NCBI RefSeq assembly: GCF_037042905.1
Contig: NC_087247.1
Location: 38,254,001 to 38,318,000 of the forward strand
DNA: 64,000 nt
From: Lytechinus pictus
Taxonomy: Eukaryota
Reading direction: 5' to 3'
Below are positions 63,870 to 64,000 of the stretch, in pieces (within the stretch, counting starts at the first letter, position 1; each line of letters begins with the position of its first letter). A model generated the notes under the pieces. That model was given only the letters and a program-made list of their open reading frames with translations, was not told the origin of the DNA and made no database searches. The position numbers and the translations under genes were made by a program.

Positions 63870-64000
63870 GCGGGTGTTTCATAAAGCTGTTCGTAAGTTA
63901 AGAGCGACTTTAAGAACGACTGGTGATCCTTTCTTGTTGTAAATGATACACACCATTGGCGATGATTTAGCGCGCAAGAAAGGATCACCAGTCGTTCTTA
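63870..64000. mobile_element. Palindromic MITE truncated by the window end
   Basis: TAAGAACGACTGGTGATCCTTTCTTG (63911-63936) and its exact reverse complement (63975-64000). Confidence 0.7.

Overview
AT-rich, intron-containing animal genomic DNA. The repeat families and gene style suggest an echinoderm, probably a sea urchin (inference). I reconstructed four protein-coding genes by hand from GT-AG splice sites with consistent phases. (1) Minus strand, 10 coding exons, 20256->2335: a 517-aa type I membrane protein with signal peptide, Thr-rich stalk, SEA-like domain, an ErbB-ligand-type EGF motif, TM helix and a tail with tandem TQT-like motifs. (2) STRAD pseudokinase (+, 31242-39881, 375 aa). 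(3) A cytochrome-b5-fused front-end fatty acid desaturase (+, 46829-54235). (4) GAMT (+, 58126-62567). Non-coding DNA is dense in non-autonomous DNA transposons (Kolobok/T2-, piggyBac-, hAT-, Tc1/mariner-, Harbinger- and Helentron/HINE-like), some nested. The most notable observations: a gap-free inverted copy of the desaturase first coding exon in the probable STRAD 3' UTR (a potential antisense or hairpin link between neighbouring genes); a Helentron-like element carrying tandem arrays of nuclear-receptor half-sites (DR1/DR4/IR1) in STRAD and desaturase introns; and the SEA + EGF-ligand-like protein with candidate LC8-binding motifs. No tRNA, rRNA, CRISPR array or autonomous transposase was recognised.
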